A DNA stretch of 64,000 bases from the NCBI RefSeq assembly GCF_009914755.1, contig NC_060938.1; one strand, written 5' to 3'. The notes under the pieces were generated by a model that had not been told where the DNA came from, made no database searches, and worked only from the letters and a program-made list of their open reading frames with translations. A program made the translations under genes and the position numbers. The stretch is from the human T2T-CHM13v2.0 reference genome, Homo sapiens. Positions 1 to 12,275 of this stretch are shown here, in pieces (positions within the stretch are counted from its first letter, which is position 1; each line of letters begins with the position of its first letter).

Positions 1-10
1 ATGAAGATAT

Positions 11-27
11 TCCCGTTTCCAACGAAA
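11..27 (-). promoter_or_regulatory. CENP-B box 1 of the HOR (recurs at this offset in every unit)
   Basis: TCCCGTTTCCAACGAAA is the reverse complement of TTTCGTTGGAAACGGGA, matching the core NTTCGNNNNANNCGGGN. Confidence 0.97.
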
Positions 28-348
28 TCTTCAAATCTATCCAAATGTCCACTTGCAGATTCAACAAAAAGTGTTTTTCAGAACTGCTCTATCAAAAGAA
101 AGATCCACCTCTGTTAGCTGAGTTCACACATCACAAACAAGTTTATGAGAATGCTTCTGTCTAGTTTTTATTTGAAGATATTTCCTTTCTCACCATAGAG
201 CTGAAAGCTGTCCTAATGTTCACTTCCAGATACTACAGAAAGAGTGTTTCAAAACTGCTGTACGAAAGGGAATGTTCAACTCTGTGACTTGAATGCACAC
301 ATCACAAAGAAGTTTCTGAGGATGCTGCTGTCTACTTTTTATACGTAA

Positions 349-365
349 TCCCGTTTCCAACGAAA
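349..365 (-). promoter_or_regulatory. CENP-B box 2 of the HOR (recurs in every unit)
   Basis: TCCCGTTTCCAACGAAA preceded by a shortened flank (TTTTTATACGTAA instead of TTTATATGAAGATAT), which explains the 338-bp dimer. Confidence 0.97.
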
Positions 366-518
366 TCCTCCAAGCTATCCAAATATCCACTTGCAGATTC
401 CACAGAAAGACTGTTTCAAAACTGCTCTGTCAATAGAAAGGTTCAACTCTGTTAGCTGCATGCATATATCCCAAAGAAGATTCTGAGATTGCTTCTGTCT
501 AGTTTTTATGGGAAGATA

Positions 519-536
519 TTTCCCTTTTCACCGTAG
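519..536. promoter_or_regulatory. pJalpha-like motif at the box-equivalent position of a box-less monomer (related motifs near 181, 861 and 1203 in each unit)
   Basis: TTTCCCTTTTCACCGTAG resembles the pJalpha consensus TTCCTTTTYCACCRTAG and lies ~171 bp from the flanking CENP-B boxes. Confidence 0.65.
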
Positions 537-690
537 GCGTCAAGGCGCTCCAAATGTCCACTTCCAGATACTACAAAAAGAGTGTTTCAAACCTACTCTG
601 TGAAAGGAAATATTCAACTCTGTGACTTGAATGCACATATCACAAGGAAGTTTCTGAGAATGCTTCTGTCGAGATTTTATATGAAGATAT

Positions 691-707
691 TCCCGTTTCC
701 AACGAAA
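691..707 (-). promoter_or_regulatory. CENP-B box 3 of the HOR (recurs in every unit; mutated in U6)
   Basis: TCCCGTTTCCAACGAAA. Confidence 0.97.
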
Positions 708-1032
708 TCCTGAAATCTATCCAAATATCCCCTTGCAGATTCTACAAAAAGAGTGTTTCAAAACTGCTCTGTAAAAAGAAAGGTTCAACTCTGTTAGTTG
801 AGTACACACATCACAAACAAGTTTCACACAATGCTTCTTTCTAGCTTGTAGGGGAAGATATTCCCTTTATCACCATGGGCCTCAAACCGTCCGATAAGTC
901 CACTTCTATATACTACAAAAAGAGCGTTTCAAACCTGCTCTATGAAAGGCAATGTTCAACTCTGTGACTTGAATGCAGACATCACAGAGCAGTTTCTGAG
1001 AATGCTTCTGTCTAGATTTTATAGGAAGATAT

Positions 1033-1049
1033 TCCCGTTTCCAACGAAA
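1033..1049 (-). promoter_or_regulatory. CENP-B box 4 of the HOR (recurs in every unit)
   Basis: TCCCGTTTCCAACGAAA. Confidence 0.97.
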
Positions 1050-4000
1050 TCTTCACAGCTATCCAAATATCCACTTGCAGATTCTACAAAAAGAGTGTAT
1101 CAAAACTGCTCTGTCAAAAGGAAGGTTCTTTTCTGTTAGGTGAGTGCATACGTCATAAAGGAGTTTCTGAGAATGTTTCTGTCTAGTGGTTATGGGAAGA
1201 TATTTGCTTTTTCACCGTAGGCCTCAGAGCGCTCCAAATATCCACTTGCACATACTACAAAAAGAGTGCCTCAAAGCTGCTCTCTGAAATGGAATGTTCA
1301 ACTCTATGAGTTGAATGCAAACATCGCAAAGACGTTTCTGAGAATGCTTCTGTCTAGATTTGATATGAAGATATTCCCGTTTCCAACGAAATCTTCAAAT
1401 CTATCCAAATGTCCACTTGCAGATTCAACAAAAAGTGTTTTTCAGAACTGCTCTATCAAAAGAAAGATCCACCTCTGTTAGCTGAGTTCACACATCACAA
1501 ACAAGTTTATGAGAATGCTTCTGTCTAGTTTTTATTTGAAGATATTTCCTTTCTCACCATAGAGCTGAAAGCTGTCCTAATGTTCACTTCCAGATACTAC
1601 AGAAAGAGTGTTTCAAAACTGCTGTACGAAAGGGAATGTTCAACTCTGTGACTTGAATGCACACATCACAAAGAAGTTTCTGAGGATGCTGCTGTCTACT
1701 TTTTATACGTAATCCCGTTTCCAACGAAATCCTCCAAGCTATCCAAATATCCACTTGCAGATTCCACAGAAAGACTGTTTCAAAACTGCTCTGTCAATAG
1801 AAAGGTTCAACTCTGTTAGCTGCATGCATACATCCCAAAGAAGATTCTGAGATTGCTTCTGTCTAGTTTTTATGGGAAGATATTTCCCTTTTCACCGTAG
1901 GCGTCAAGGCGCTCCAAATGTCCACTTCCAGATACTACAAAAAGAGTGTTTCAAACCTACTCTGTGAAAGGGAATATTCAACTCTGTGACTTGAATGCAC
2001 ATATCACAAGGAAGTTTCTGAGAATGCTTCTGTCGAGATTTTATATGAAGATATTCCCGTTTCCAACGAAATGCTGAAATCTATCCAAATATCCCCTCGC
2101 AGATTCTACAAAAAGAGTGTTTCAAAACTGCTCTGTAAAAAGAAAGGTTCAACTCTGTTAGTTGAGTACACACATCACAAACAAGTTTCACACAATGCTT
2201 CTTTCTAGCTTGTAGGGGAAGATATTCCCTTTATCACCATGGGCCTCAAACCGTCCGATAAGTCCACTTCCATATACTACAAAAAGAGCGTTTCAAACCT
2301 GCTCTATGAAAGGCAATGTTCAACTCTGTGACTTGAATGCAGACATCACAGAGCAGTTTCTGAGAATGCTTCTGTCTAGATTTTATAGGAAGATATTCCC
2401 GTTTCCAACGAAATCTTCACAGCTATCCAAATATCCACTTGCAGATTCTACAAAAAGAGTGTATCAAAACTGCTCTGTCAAAAGGAAGGTTCTTTTCTGT
2501 TAGGTGAGTGCATACGTCATAAAGGAGTTTCTGAGAATGTTTCTGTCTAGTGGTTATGGGAAGATATTTGCTTTTTCACCGTAGGCCTCAGAGCGCTCCA
2601 AATATCCACTTGCACATACTACAAAAAGAGTGCCTCAAAGCTGCTCTCTGAAACGGAATGTTCAACTCTATGAGTTGAATGCAAACATCGCAAAGACGTT
2701 TCTGAGAATGCTTCTGTCTAGATTTGATATGAAGATATTCCCGTTTCCAACGAAATCTTCAAATCTATCCAAATGTCCACTTGCAGATTCAACAAAAAGT
2801 GTTTTTCAGAACTGCTCTATCAAAAGAAAGATCCACCTCTGTTAGCTGAGTTCACACATCACAAACAAGTTTATGAGAATGCTTCTGTCTAGTTTTTATT
2901 TGAAGATATTTCCTTTCTCACCATAGAGCTGAAAGCTGTCCTAATGTTCACTTCCAGATACTACAGAAAGAGTGTTTCAAAACTGCTGTACGAAAGGGAA
3001 TGTTCAACTCTGTGACTTGAATGCACACATCACAAAGAAGTTTCTGAGGATGCTGCTGTCTACTTTTTATACGTAATCCCGTTTCCAACGAAATCCTCCA
3101 AGCTATCCAAATATCCACTTGCAGATTCCACAGAAAGACTGTTTCAAAACTGCTCTGTCAATAGAAAGGTTCAACTCTGTTAGCTGCATGCATATATCCC
3201 AAAGAAGATTCTGAGATTGCTTCTGTCTAGTTTTTATGGGAAGATATTTCCCTTTTCACCGTAGGCGTCAAGGCGCTCCAAATGTCCACTTCCAGATACT
3301 ACAAAAAGAGTGTTTCAAACCTACTCTGTGAAAGGGAATATTCAACTCTGTGACTTGAATGCACATATCACAAGGAAGTTTCTGAGAATGCTTCTGTCGA
3401 GATTTTATATGAAGATATTCCCGTTTCCAACGAAATCCTGAAATCTATCCAAATATCCCCTTGCAGATTCTACAAAAAGAGTGTTTCAAAACTGCTCTGT
3501 AAAAAGAAAGGTTCAACTCTGTTAGTTGAGTACACACATCACAAACAAGTTTCACACAATGCTTCTTTCTAGCTTGTAGGGGAAGATATTCCCTTTATCA
3601 CCATGGGCCTCAAACCGTCCGATAAGTCCACTTCCATATACTACAAAAAGAGCGTTTCAAACCTGCTCTATGAAAGGCAATGTTCAACTCTGTGACTTGA
3701 ATGCAGACATCACAGAGCAGTTTCTGAGAATGCTTCTGTCTAGATTTTATAGGAAGATATTCCCGTTTCCAACGAAATCTTCACAGCTATCCAAATATCC
3801 ACTTGCAGATTCTACAAAAAGAGTGTATCAAAACTGCTCTGTCAAAAGGAAGGTTCTTTTCTGTTAGGTGAGTGCATACGTCATAAAGGAGTTTCTGAGA
3901 ATGTTTCTGTCTAGTGGTTATGGGAAGATATTTGCTTTTTCACCGTAGGCCTCAGAGCGCTCCAAATATCCACTTGCACATACTACAAAAAGAGTGCCTC

Positions 4001-7000
4001 AAAGCTGCTCTCTGAAACGGAATGTTCAACTCTATGAGTTGAATGCAAACATCGCAAAGACGTTTCTGAGAATGCTTCTGTCTAGATTTGATATGAAGAT
4101 ATTCCCGTTTCCAACGAAATCTTCAAATCTATCCAAATGTCCACTTGCAGATTCAACAAAAAGTGTTTTTCAGAACTGCTCTATCAAAAGAAAGATCCAC
4201 CTCTGTTAGCTGAGTTCACACATCACAAACAAGTTTATGAGAATGCTTCTGTCTAGTTTTTATTTGAAGATATTTCCTTTCTCACCATAGAGCTGAAAGC
4301 TGTCCTAATGTTCACTTCCAGATACTACAGAAAGAGTGTTTCAAAACTGCTGTACGAAAGGGAATGTTCAACTCTGTGACTTGAATGCACACATCACAAA
4401 GAAGTTTCTGAGGATGCTGCTGTCTACTTTTTATACGTAATCCCGTTTCCAACGAAATCCTCCAAGCTATCCAAATATCCACTTGCAGATTCCACAGAAA
4501 GACTGTTTCAAAACTGCTCTGTCAATAGAAAGGTTCAACTCTGTTAGCTGCATGCATATATCCCAAAGAAGATTCTGAGATTGCTTCTGTCTAGTTTTTA
4601 TGGGAAGATATTTCCCTTTTCACCGTAGGCGTCAAGGCGCTCCAAATGTCCACTTCCAGATACTACAAAAAGAGTGTTTCAAACCTACTCTGTGAAAGGA
4701 AATATTCAACTCTGTGACTTGAATGCACATATCACAAGGAAGTTTCTGAGAATGCTTCTGTCGAGATTTTATATGAAGATATTCCCGTTTCCAACGAAAT
4801 CCTGAAATCTATCCAAATATCCCCTTGCAGATTCTACAAAAAGAGTGTTTCAAAACTGCTCTGTAAAAAGAAAGGTTCAACTCTGTTAGTTGAGTACACA
4901 CATCACAAACAAGTTTCACAGAATGCTTCTTTCTAGCTTGTAGGGGAAGATATTCCCTTTATCACCATGGGCCTCCAACCGTCCGAAACATCCACTTCCA
5001 TATACTACAAAAAGAGCGTTTCAAACCTGCTCTATGAAAGGCAATGTTCAACTCTGTGACTTGAATGCAGACATCACAGAGCAGTTTCTGAGAATGCTTC
5101 TGTCTAGATTTTATAGGAAGATATGCCCGTTTCCAACGAAATCTTCACAGCTATCCAAATATCCACTTGCAGATTCTACAAAAAGAGTGTATCAAAACTG
5201 CTCTGTCAAAAGGAAGGTTCTTCTCTGTTAGGTGAGTGCATACGTCATAAAGGAGTTTCTGAGAATGTTTCTGTCTAGTGGTTATGGGAAGATATTTGCT
5301 TTTTCACCGTAGGCCTCAGAGCGCTCCAAATATCCACTTGCACATACTACAAAAAGAGTGCTTCAAAGCTGCTCTCTGAAACGGAATGTTCAACTCTATG
5401 AGTTGAATGCAAACATCACAAAGACGTTTCTGAGAATGCTTCTGTCTAGATTTGATATGAAGATATTCCCGTTTCCAACGAAATCTTCAAATCTATCCAA
5501 ATGTCCACTTGCAGATTCAACAAAAAGTGTTTTTCAGAACTGCTCTATCAAAAGAAAGATCCACCTCTGTTAGCTGAGTTCACACATCACAAACAAGTTT
5601 ATGAGAATGCTTCTGTCTAGTTTTTATTTGAAGATATTTCCTTTCTCACCATAGAGCTGAAAGCTGTCCTAATGTTCACTTCCAGATACTACAGAAAGAG
5701 TGTTTCAAAACTGCTGTACGAAAGGGAATGTTCAACTCTGTGACTTGAATGCACACATCACAAAGAAGTTTCTGAGGATGCTGCTGTCTACTTTTTATAC
5801 GTAATCCCGTTTCCAACGAAATCCTCCAAGCTATCCAAATATCCACTTGCAGATTCCACAGAAAGACTGTTTCAAAACTGCTCTGTCAATAGAAAGGTTC
5901 AACTCTGTTAGCTGCATGCATATATCCCAAAGAAGATTCTGAGATTGCTTCTGTCTAGTTTTTATGGGAAGATATTTCCCTTTTCACCGTAGGCGTCAAG
6001 GCGCTCCAAATGTCCACTTCCAGATACTACAAAAAGAGTGTTTCAAACCTACTTTGTGAAAGGAAATATTCAACTCTGTGACTTGAATGCACATATCACA
6101 AGGAAGTTTCTGAGAATGCTTCTGTCGAGATTTTATATGAAGATATTCCCGTTTCCAACGAAATCCTGAAATCTATCCAAATATCCCCTTGCAGATTCTA
6201 CAAAAAGAGTGTTTCAAAACTGCTCTGTAAAAAGAAAGGTTCAACTCTGTTAGTTGAGTACACACATCACAAACAAGTTTCACACAATGCTTCTTTCTAG
6301 CTTGTAGGGGAAGATATTCCCTTTATCACCATGGGCCTCAAACCGTCCGATAAGTCCACTTCCATATACTACAAAAAGAGCGTTTCAAACCTGCTCTATG
6401 AAAGGCAATGTTCAACTCTGTGACTTGAATGCAGACATCACAGAGCAGTTTCTGAGAATGCTTCTGTCTAGATTTTATAGGAAGATATTCCCGTTTCCAA
6501 CGAAATCTTCACAGCTATCCAAATATCCACTTGCAGATTCTACAAAAAGAGTGTATCAAAACTGCTCTGTCAAAAGGAAGGTTCTTTTCTGTTAGGTGAG
6601 TGCATACGTCATAAAGGAGTTTCTGAGAATGTTTCTGTCTAGTGGTTATGGGAAGATATTTGCTTTTTCACCGTAGGCCTCAGAGCGCTCCAAATATCCA
6701 CTTGCACATACTACAAAAAGAGTGCCTCAAAGCTGCTCTCTGAAACGGAATGTTCAACTCTATGAGTTGAATGCAAACATCGCAAAGACGTTTCTGAGAA
6801 TGCTTCTGTCTAGATTTGATATGAAGATATTCCCGTTTCCAACGAAATCTTCAAATCTATCCAAATGTCCACTTGCAGATTCAACAAAAAGTGTTTTTCA
6901 GAACTGCTCTATCAAAAGAAAGATCCACCTCTGTTAGCTGAGTTCACACATCACAAACAAGTTTATGAGAATGCTTCTGTCTAGTTTTTATTTGAAGATA

Positions 7001-7510
7001 TTTCCTTTCTCACCATAGAGCTGAAAGCTGTCCTAATGTTCACTTCCAGATACTACAGAAAGAGTGTTTCAAAACTGCTGTACGAAAGGGAATGTTCAAC
7101 TCTGTGACTTGAATGCACACATCACAAAGAAGTTTCTGAGGATGCTGCTGTCTACTTTTTATACGTAATCCCGTTTCCAACGAAATCCTCCAAGCTATCC
7201 AAATATCCACTTGCAGATTCCACAGAAAGACTGTTTCAAAACTGCTCTGTCAATAGAAAGGTTCAACTCTGTTAGCTGCATGCATATATCCCAAAGAAGA
7301 TTCTGAGATTGCTTCTGTCTAGTTTTTATGGGAAGATATTTCCCTTTTCACCGTAGGCGTCAAGGCGCTCCAAATGTCCACTTCCAGATACTACAAAAAG
7401 AGTGTTTCAAACCTACTCTGTGAAAGGGAATATTCAACTCTGTGACTTGAATGCACATATCACAAGGAAGTTTCTGAGAATGCTTCTGTCGAGATTTTAT
7501 ATGAAGATAT

Positions 7511-7527
7511 TACCGTTTCCAACGAAA
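7511..7527 (-). promoter_or_regulatory. Mutated CENP-B box (core CGGG to CGGT), probably non-binding
   Basis: TACCGTTTCCAACGAAA: C>A at 7512 changes one of the nine core bases. Confidence 0.8.
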
Positions 7528-10500
7528 TCCTGAAATCTATCCAAATATCCCCTTGCAGATTCTACAAAAAGAGTGTTTCAAAACTGCTCTGTAAAAAGAA
7601 AGGTTCAACTCTGTTAGTTGAGTACACACATCACAAACAAGTTTCACACAATGCTTCTTTCTAGCTTGTAGGGGAAGATATTCCCTTTATCACCATGGGC
7701 CTCAAACCGTCCGATAAGTCCACTTCCATATACTACAAAAAGAGCGTTTCAAACCTGCTCTATGAAAGGCAATGTTCAACTCTGTGACTTGAATGCAGAC
7801 ATCACAGAGCAGTTTCTGAGAATGCTTCTGTCTAGATTTTATAGGAAGATATTCCCGTTTCCAACGAAATCTTCACAGCTATCCAAATATCCACTTGCAG
7901 ATTCTACAAAAAGAGTGTATCAAAACTGCTCTGTCAAAAGGAAGGTTCTTTTCTGTTAGGTGAGTGCATACGTCATAAAGGAGTTTCTGAGAATGTTTCT
8001 GTCTAGTGGTTATGGGAAGATATTTGCTTTTTCACCGTAGGCCTCAGAGCGCTCCAAATATCCACTTGCACATACTACAAAAAGAGTGCCTCAAAGCTGC
8101 TCTCTGAAACGGAATGTTCAACTCTATGAGTTGAATGCAAACATCGCAAAGACGTTTCTGAGAATGCTTCTGTCTAGATTTGATATGAAGATATTCCCGT
8201 TTCCAACGAAATCTTCAAATCTATCCAAATGTCCACTTGCAGATTCAACAAAAAGTGTTTTTCAGAACTGCTCTATCAAAAGAAAGATCCACCTCTGTTA
8301 GCTGAGTTCACACATCACAAACAAGTTTATGAGAATGCTTCTGTCTAGTTTTTATTTGAAGATATTTCCTTTCTCAACATAGAGCTGAAAGCTGTCCTAA
8401 TGTTCACTTCCAGATACTACAGAAAGAGTGTTTCAAAACTGCTGTACGAAAGGGAATGTTCAACTCTGTGACTTGAATGCACACATCACAAAGAAGTTTC
8501 TGAGGATGCTGCTGTCTACTTTTTATACGTAATCCCGTTTCCAACGAAATCCTCCAAGCTATCCAAATATCCACTTGCAGATTCCACAGAAAGACTGTTT
8601 CAAAACTGCTCTGTCAATAGAAAGGTTCAACTCTGTTAGCTGCATGCATATATCCCAAAGAAGATTCTGAGATTGCTTCTGTCTAGTTTTTATGGGAAGA
8701 TATTTCCCTTTTCACCGTAGGCGTCAAGGCGCTCCAAATGTCCACTTCCAGATACTACAAAAAGAGTGTTTCAAACCTACTCTGTGAAAGGGAATATTCA
8801 ACTCTGTGACTTGAATGCACATATCACAAGGAAGTTTCTGAGAATGCTTCTGTCGAGATTTTATATGAAGATATTCCCGTTTCCAACGAAATCCTGAAAT
8901 CTATCCAAATATCCCCTTGCAGATTCTACAAAAAGAGTGTTTCAAAACTGCTCTGTAAAAAGAAAGGTTCAACTCTGTTAGTTGAGTACACACATCACAA
9001 ACAAGTTTCACACAATGCTTCTTTCTAGCTTGTAGGGGAAGATATTCCCTTTATCACCATGGGCCTCAAACCGTCCGATAAGTCCACTTCCATATACTAC
9101 AAAAAGAGCGTTTCAAACCTGCTCTATGAAAGGCAATGTTCAACTCTGTGACTTGAATGCAGACATCACAGAGCAGTTTCTGAGAATGCTTCTGTCTAGA
9201 TTTTATAGGAAGATATTCCCGTTTCCAACGAAATCTTCACAGCTATCCAAATATCCACTTGCAGATTCTACAAAAAGAGTGTATCAAAACTGCTCTGTCA
9301 AAAGGAAGGTTCTTTTCTGTTAGGTGAGTGCATACGTCATAAAGGAGTTTCTGAGAATGTTTCTGTCTAGTGGTTATGGGAAGATATTTGCTTTTTCACC
9401 GTAGGCCTCAGAGCGCTCCAAATATCCACTTGCACATACTACAAAAAGAGTGCCTCAAAGCTGCTCTCTGAAACGGAATGTTCAACTCTATGAGTTGAAT
9501 GCAAACATCGCAAAGACGTTTCTGAGAATGCTTCTGTCTAGATTTGATATGAAGATATTCCCGTTTCCAACGAAATCTTCAAATCTATCCAAATGTCCAC
9601 TTGCAGATTCAACAAAAAGTGTTTTTCAGAACTGCTCTATCAAAAGAAAGATCCACCTCTGTTAGCTGAGTTCACACATCACAAACAAGTTTATGAGAAT
9701 GCTTCTGTCTAGTTTTTATTTGAAGATATTTCCTTTCTCAACATAGAGCTGAAAGCTGTCCTAATGTTCACTTCCAGATACTACAGAAAGAGTGTTTCAA
9801 AACTGCTGTACGAAAGGGAATGTTCAACTCTGTGACTTGAATGCACACATCACAAAGAAGTTTCTGAGGATGCTGCTGTCTACTTTTTATACGTAATCCC
9901 GTTTCCAACGAAATCCTCCAAGCTATCCAAATATCCACTTGCAGATTCCACAGAAAGACTGTTTCAAAACTGCTCTGTCAATAGAAAGGTTCAACTCTGT
10001 TAGCTGCATGCATATATCCCAAAGAAGATTCTGAGATTGCTTCTGTCTAGTTTTTATGGGAAGATATTTCCCTTTTCACCGTAGGCGTCAAGGCGCTCCA
10101 AATGTCCACTTCCAGATACTACAAAAAGAGTGTTTCAAACCTACTCTGTGAAAGGGAATATTCAACTCTGTGACTTGAATGCACATATCACAAGGAAGTT
10201 TCTGAGAATGCTTCTGTCGAGATTTTATATGAAGATATTCCCGTTTCCAACGAAATCCTGAAATCTATCCAAATATCCCCTTGCAGATTCTACAAAAAGA
10301 GTGTTTCAAAACTGCTCTGTAAAAAGAAAGGTTCAACTCTGTTAGTTGAGTACACACATCACAAACAAGTTTCACACAATGCTTCTTTCTAGCTTGTAGG
10401 GGAAGATATTCCCTTTATCACCATGGGCCTCAAACCGTCCGATAAGTCCACTTCCATATACTACAAAAAGAGCGTTTCAAACCTGCTCTATGAAAGGCAA

Positions 10501-10912
10501 TGTTCAACTCTGTGACTTGAATGCAGACATCACAGAGCAGTTTCTGAGAATGCTTCTGTCTAGATTTTATAGGAAGATATTCCCGTTTCCAACGAAATCT
10601 TCACAGCTATCCAAATATCCACTTGCAGATTCTACAAAAAGAGTGTATCAAAACTGCTCTGTCAAAAGGAAGGTTCTTTTCTGTTAGGTGAGTGCATACG
10701 TCATAAAGGAGTTTCTGAGAATGTTTCTGTCTAGTGGTTATGGGAAGATATTTGCTTTTTCACCGTAGGCCTCAGAGCGCTCCAAATATCCACTTGCACA
10801 TACTACAAAAAGAGTGCCTCAAAGCTGCTCTCTGAAACGGAATGTTCAACTCTATGAGTTGAATGCAAACATCGCAAAGACGTTTCTGAGAATGCTTCTG
10901 TCTAGATTTGAT

Positions 10913-12275
10913 ATGAAGATATTCCCGTTTCCAACGAAATCTTCAAATCTATCCAAATGTCCACTTGCAGATTCAACAAAAAGTGTTTTTCAGAACTGCT
11001 CTATCAAAAGAAAGATCCACCTCTGTTAGCTGAGTTCACACATCACAAACAAGTTTATGAGAATGCTTCTGTCTAGTTTTTATTTGAAGATATTTCCTTT
11101 CTCACCATAGAGCTGAAAGCTGTCCTAATGTTCACTTCCAGATACTACAGAAAGAGTGTTTCAAAACTGCTGTACGAAAGGGAATGTTCAACACTGTGAC
11201 TTGAATGCACACATCACAAAGAAGTTTCTGAGGATGCTGCTGTCTACTTTTTATACGTAATCCCGTTTCCAACGAAATCCTCCAAGCTATCCAAATATCC
11301 ACTTGCAGATTCCACAGAAAGACTGTTTCAAAACTGCTCTGTCAATAGAAAGGTTCAACTCTGTTAGCTGCGTGCATATATCCCAAAGAAGATTCTGAGA
11401 TTGCTTCTGTCTAGTTTTTATGGGAAGATATTTCCCTTTTCACCGTAGGTGTCAAGGCGCTCCAAATGTCCACTTCCAGATACTACAAAAAGAGTGTTTC
11501 AAACCTACTCTGTGAAAGGGAATATTCAACTCTGTGACTTGAATGCACATATCACAAAGAAGTTTCTGAGAATGCTTCTGTCGAGATTTTATATGAAGAT
11601 ATTCCCGTTTCCAACGAAATGCTGAAATCTATCCAAATATCCCCTCGCAGATTCTACAAAAAGAGTGTTTCAAAACTGCTCTGTGAAAAGAAAGGTTCAA
11701 CTCTGTTAGTTGAGTACACACATCACAAACAAGTTTCACAGAATGCTTCTTTCTAGCTTGTAGGGAAGATATTCCCTTTATCACCATGGGCCTCCAACCG
11801 TCCGAAACATCCACTTCCATATACTACAAAAAGAGCGTTTCAAACCTGCTCTATGAAAGGCAATGTTCAACTCTGTGACTTGAATGCAGACATCACAGAG
11901 CAGTTTCTGAGAATGCTTCTGTCTAGATTTTATAGGAAGATATTCCCGTTTCCAACGAAATCTTCACAGCTATCCAAATATCCACTTGCAGATTCTACAA
12001 AAAGAGTGTATCAAAACTGCTCTGTCAAAAGGAAGGTTCTTTTCTGTTAGGTGAGTGCATACGTCATAAAGGAGTTTCTGAGAATGTTTCTGTCTAGTGG
12101 TTATGGGAAGATATTTGCTTTTTCACCGTAGGCCTCAGAGCGCTCCAAATATCCACTTGCACATACTACAAAAAGAGTGCCTCAAAGCTGCTCTCTGAAA
12201 CGGAATGTTCAAGTCTATGAGTTGAATGCAAACATCGGAAAGACGTTTCTGAGAATGCTTCTGTCTAGATTTGAT
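10913..12275 (-). repeat. 1,363-bp HOR variant (U9), B haplotype with a 1-bp deletion
   Basis: GTAGGGAAG at ~11760-11768 instead of GTAGGGGAAG; ORF spacing 10490 to 11853 is 1,363; also carries ATCGGAAA. Confidence 0.92.

Larger units (their letters stand above)
1..1364 (-). repeat. Representative HOR unit (U1): four dimers of CENP-B-box monomer plus box-less monomer; probably the SF2 chr14/chr22 active HOR (D14Z9/D22Z1, S2C14/22H1L)
   Basis: Box spacing 338+342+342+342 = 1,364. Dimeric box pattern, 8-mer length and monomer sequence resemble the SF2 acrocentric arrays as I recall them. chr14 vs chr22 cannot be resolved without alignment. Confidence 0.8.

Noticed and set aside
457-464. Short palindromes (TGCATGCA in A units, also TACGTA, CCATGG, AGGCCT) as cruciform or regulatory signals
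   Set aside because: Only 6-8 bp and expected by chance; no support for structure or function from sequence alone. The GCATGC site is only a handy restriction marker for the offset-460 A allele.
11-1391. Regularly spaced identical 17-20 bp motif resembling CRISPR repeats
   Set aside because: These are CENP-B boxes ~340 bp apart. The intervening DNA is homologous satellite, not unique spacers, and there are no cas genes.
5125-5141. T>G at 5125 as a second dead CENP-B box
   Set aside because: It hits the terminal N of NTTCGNNNNANNCGGGN; the nine core bases are intact.
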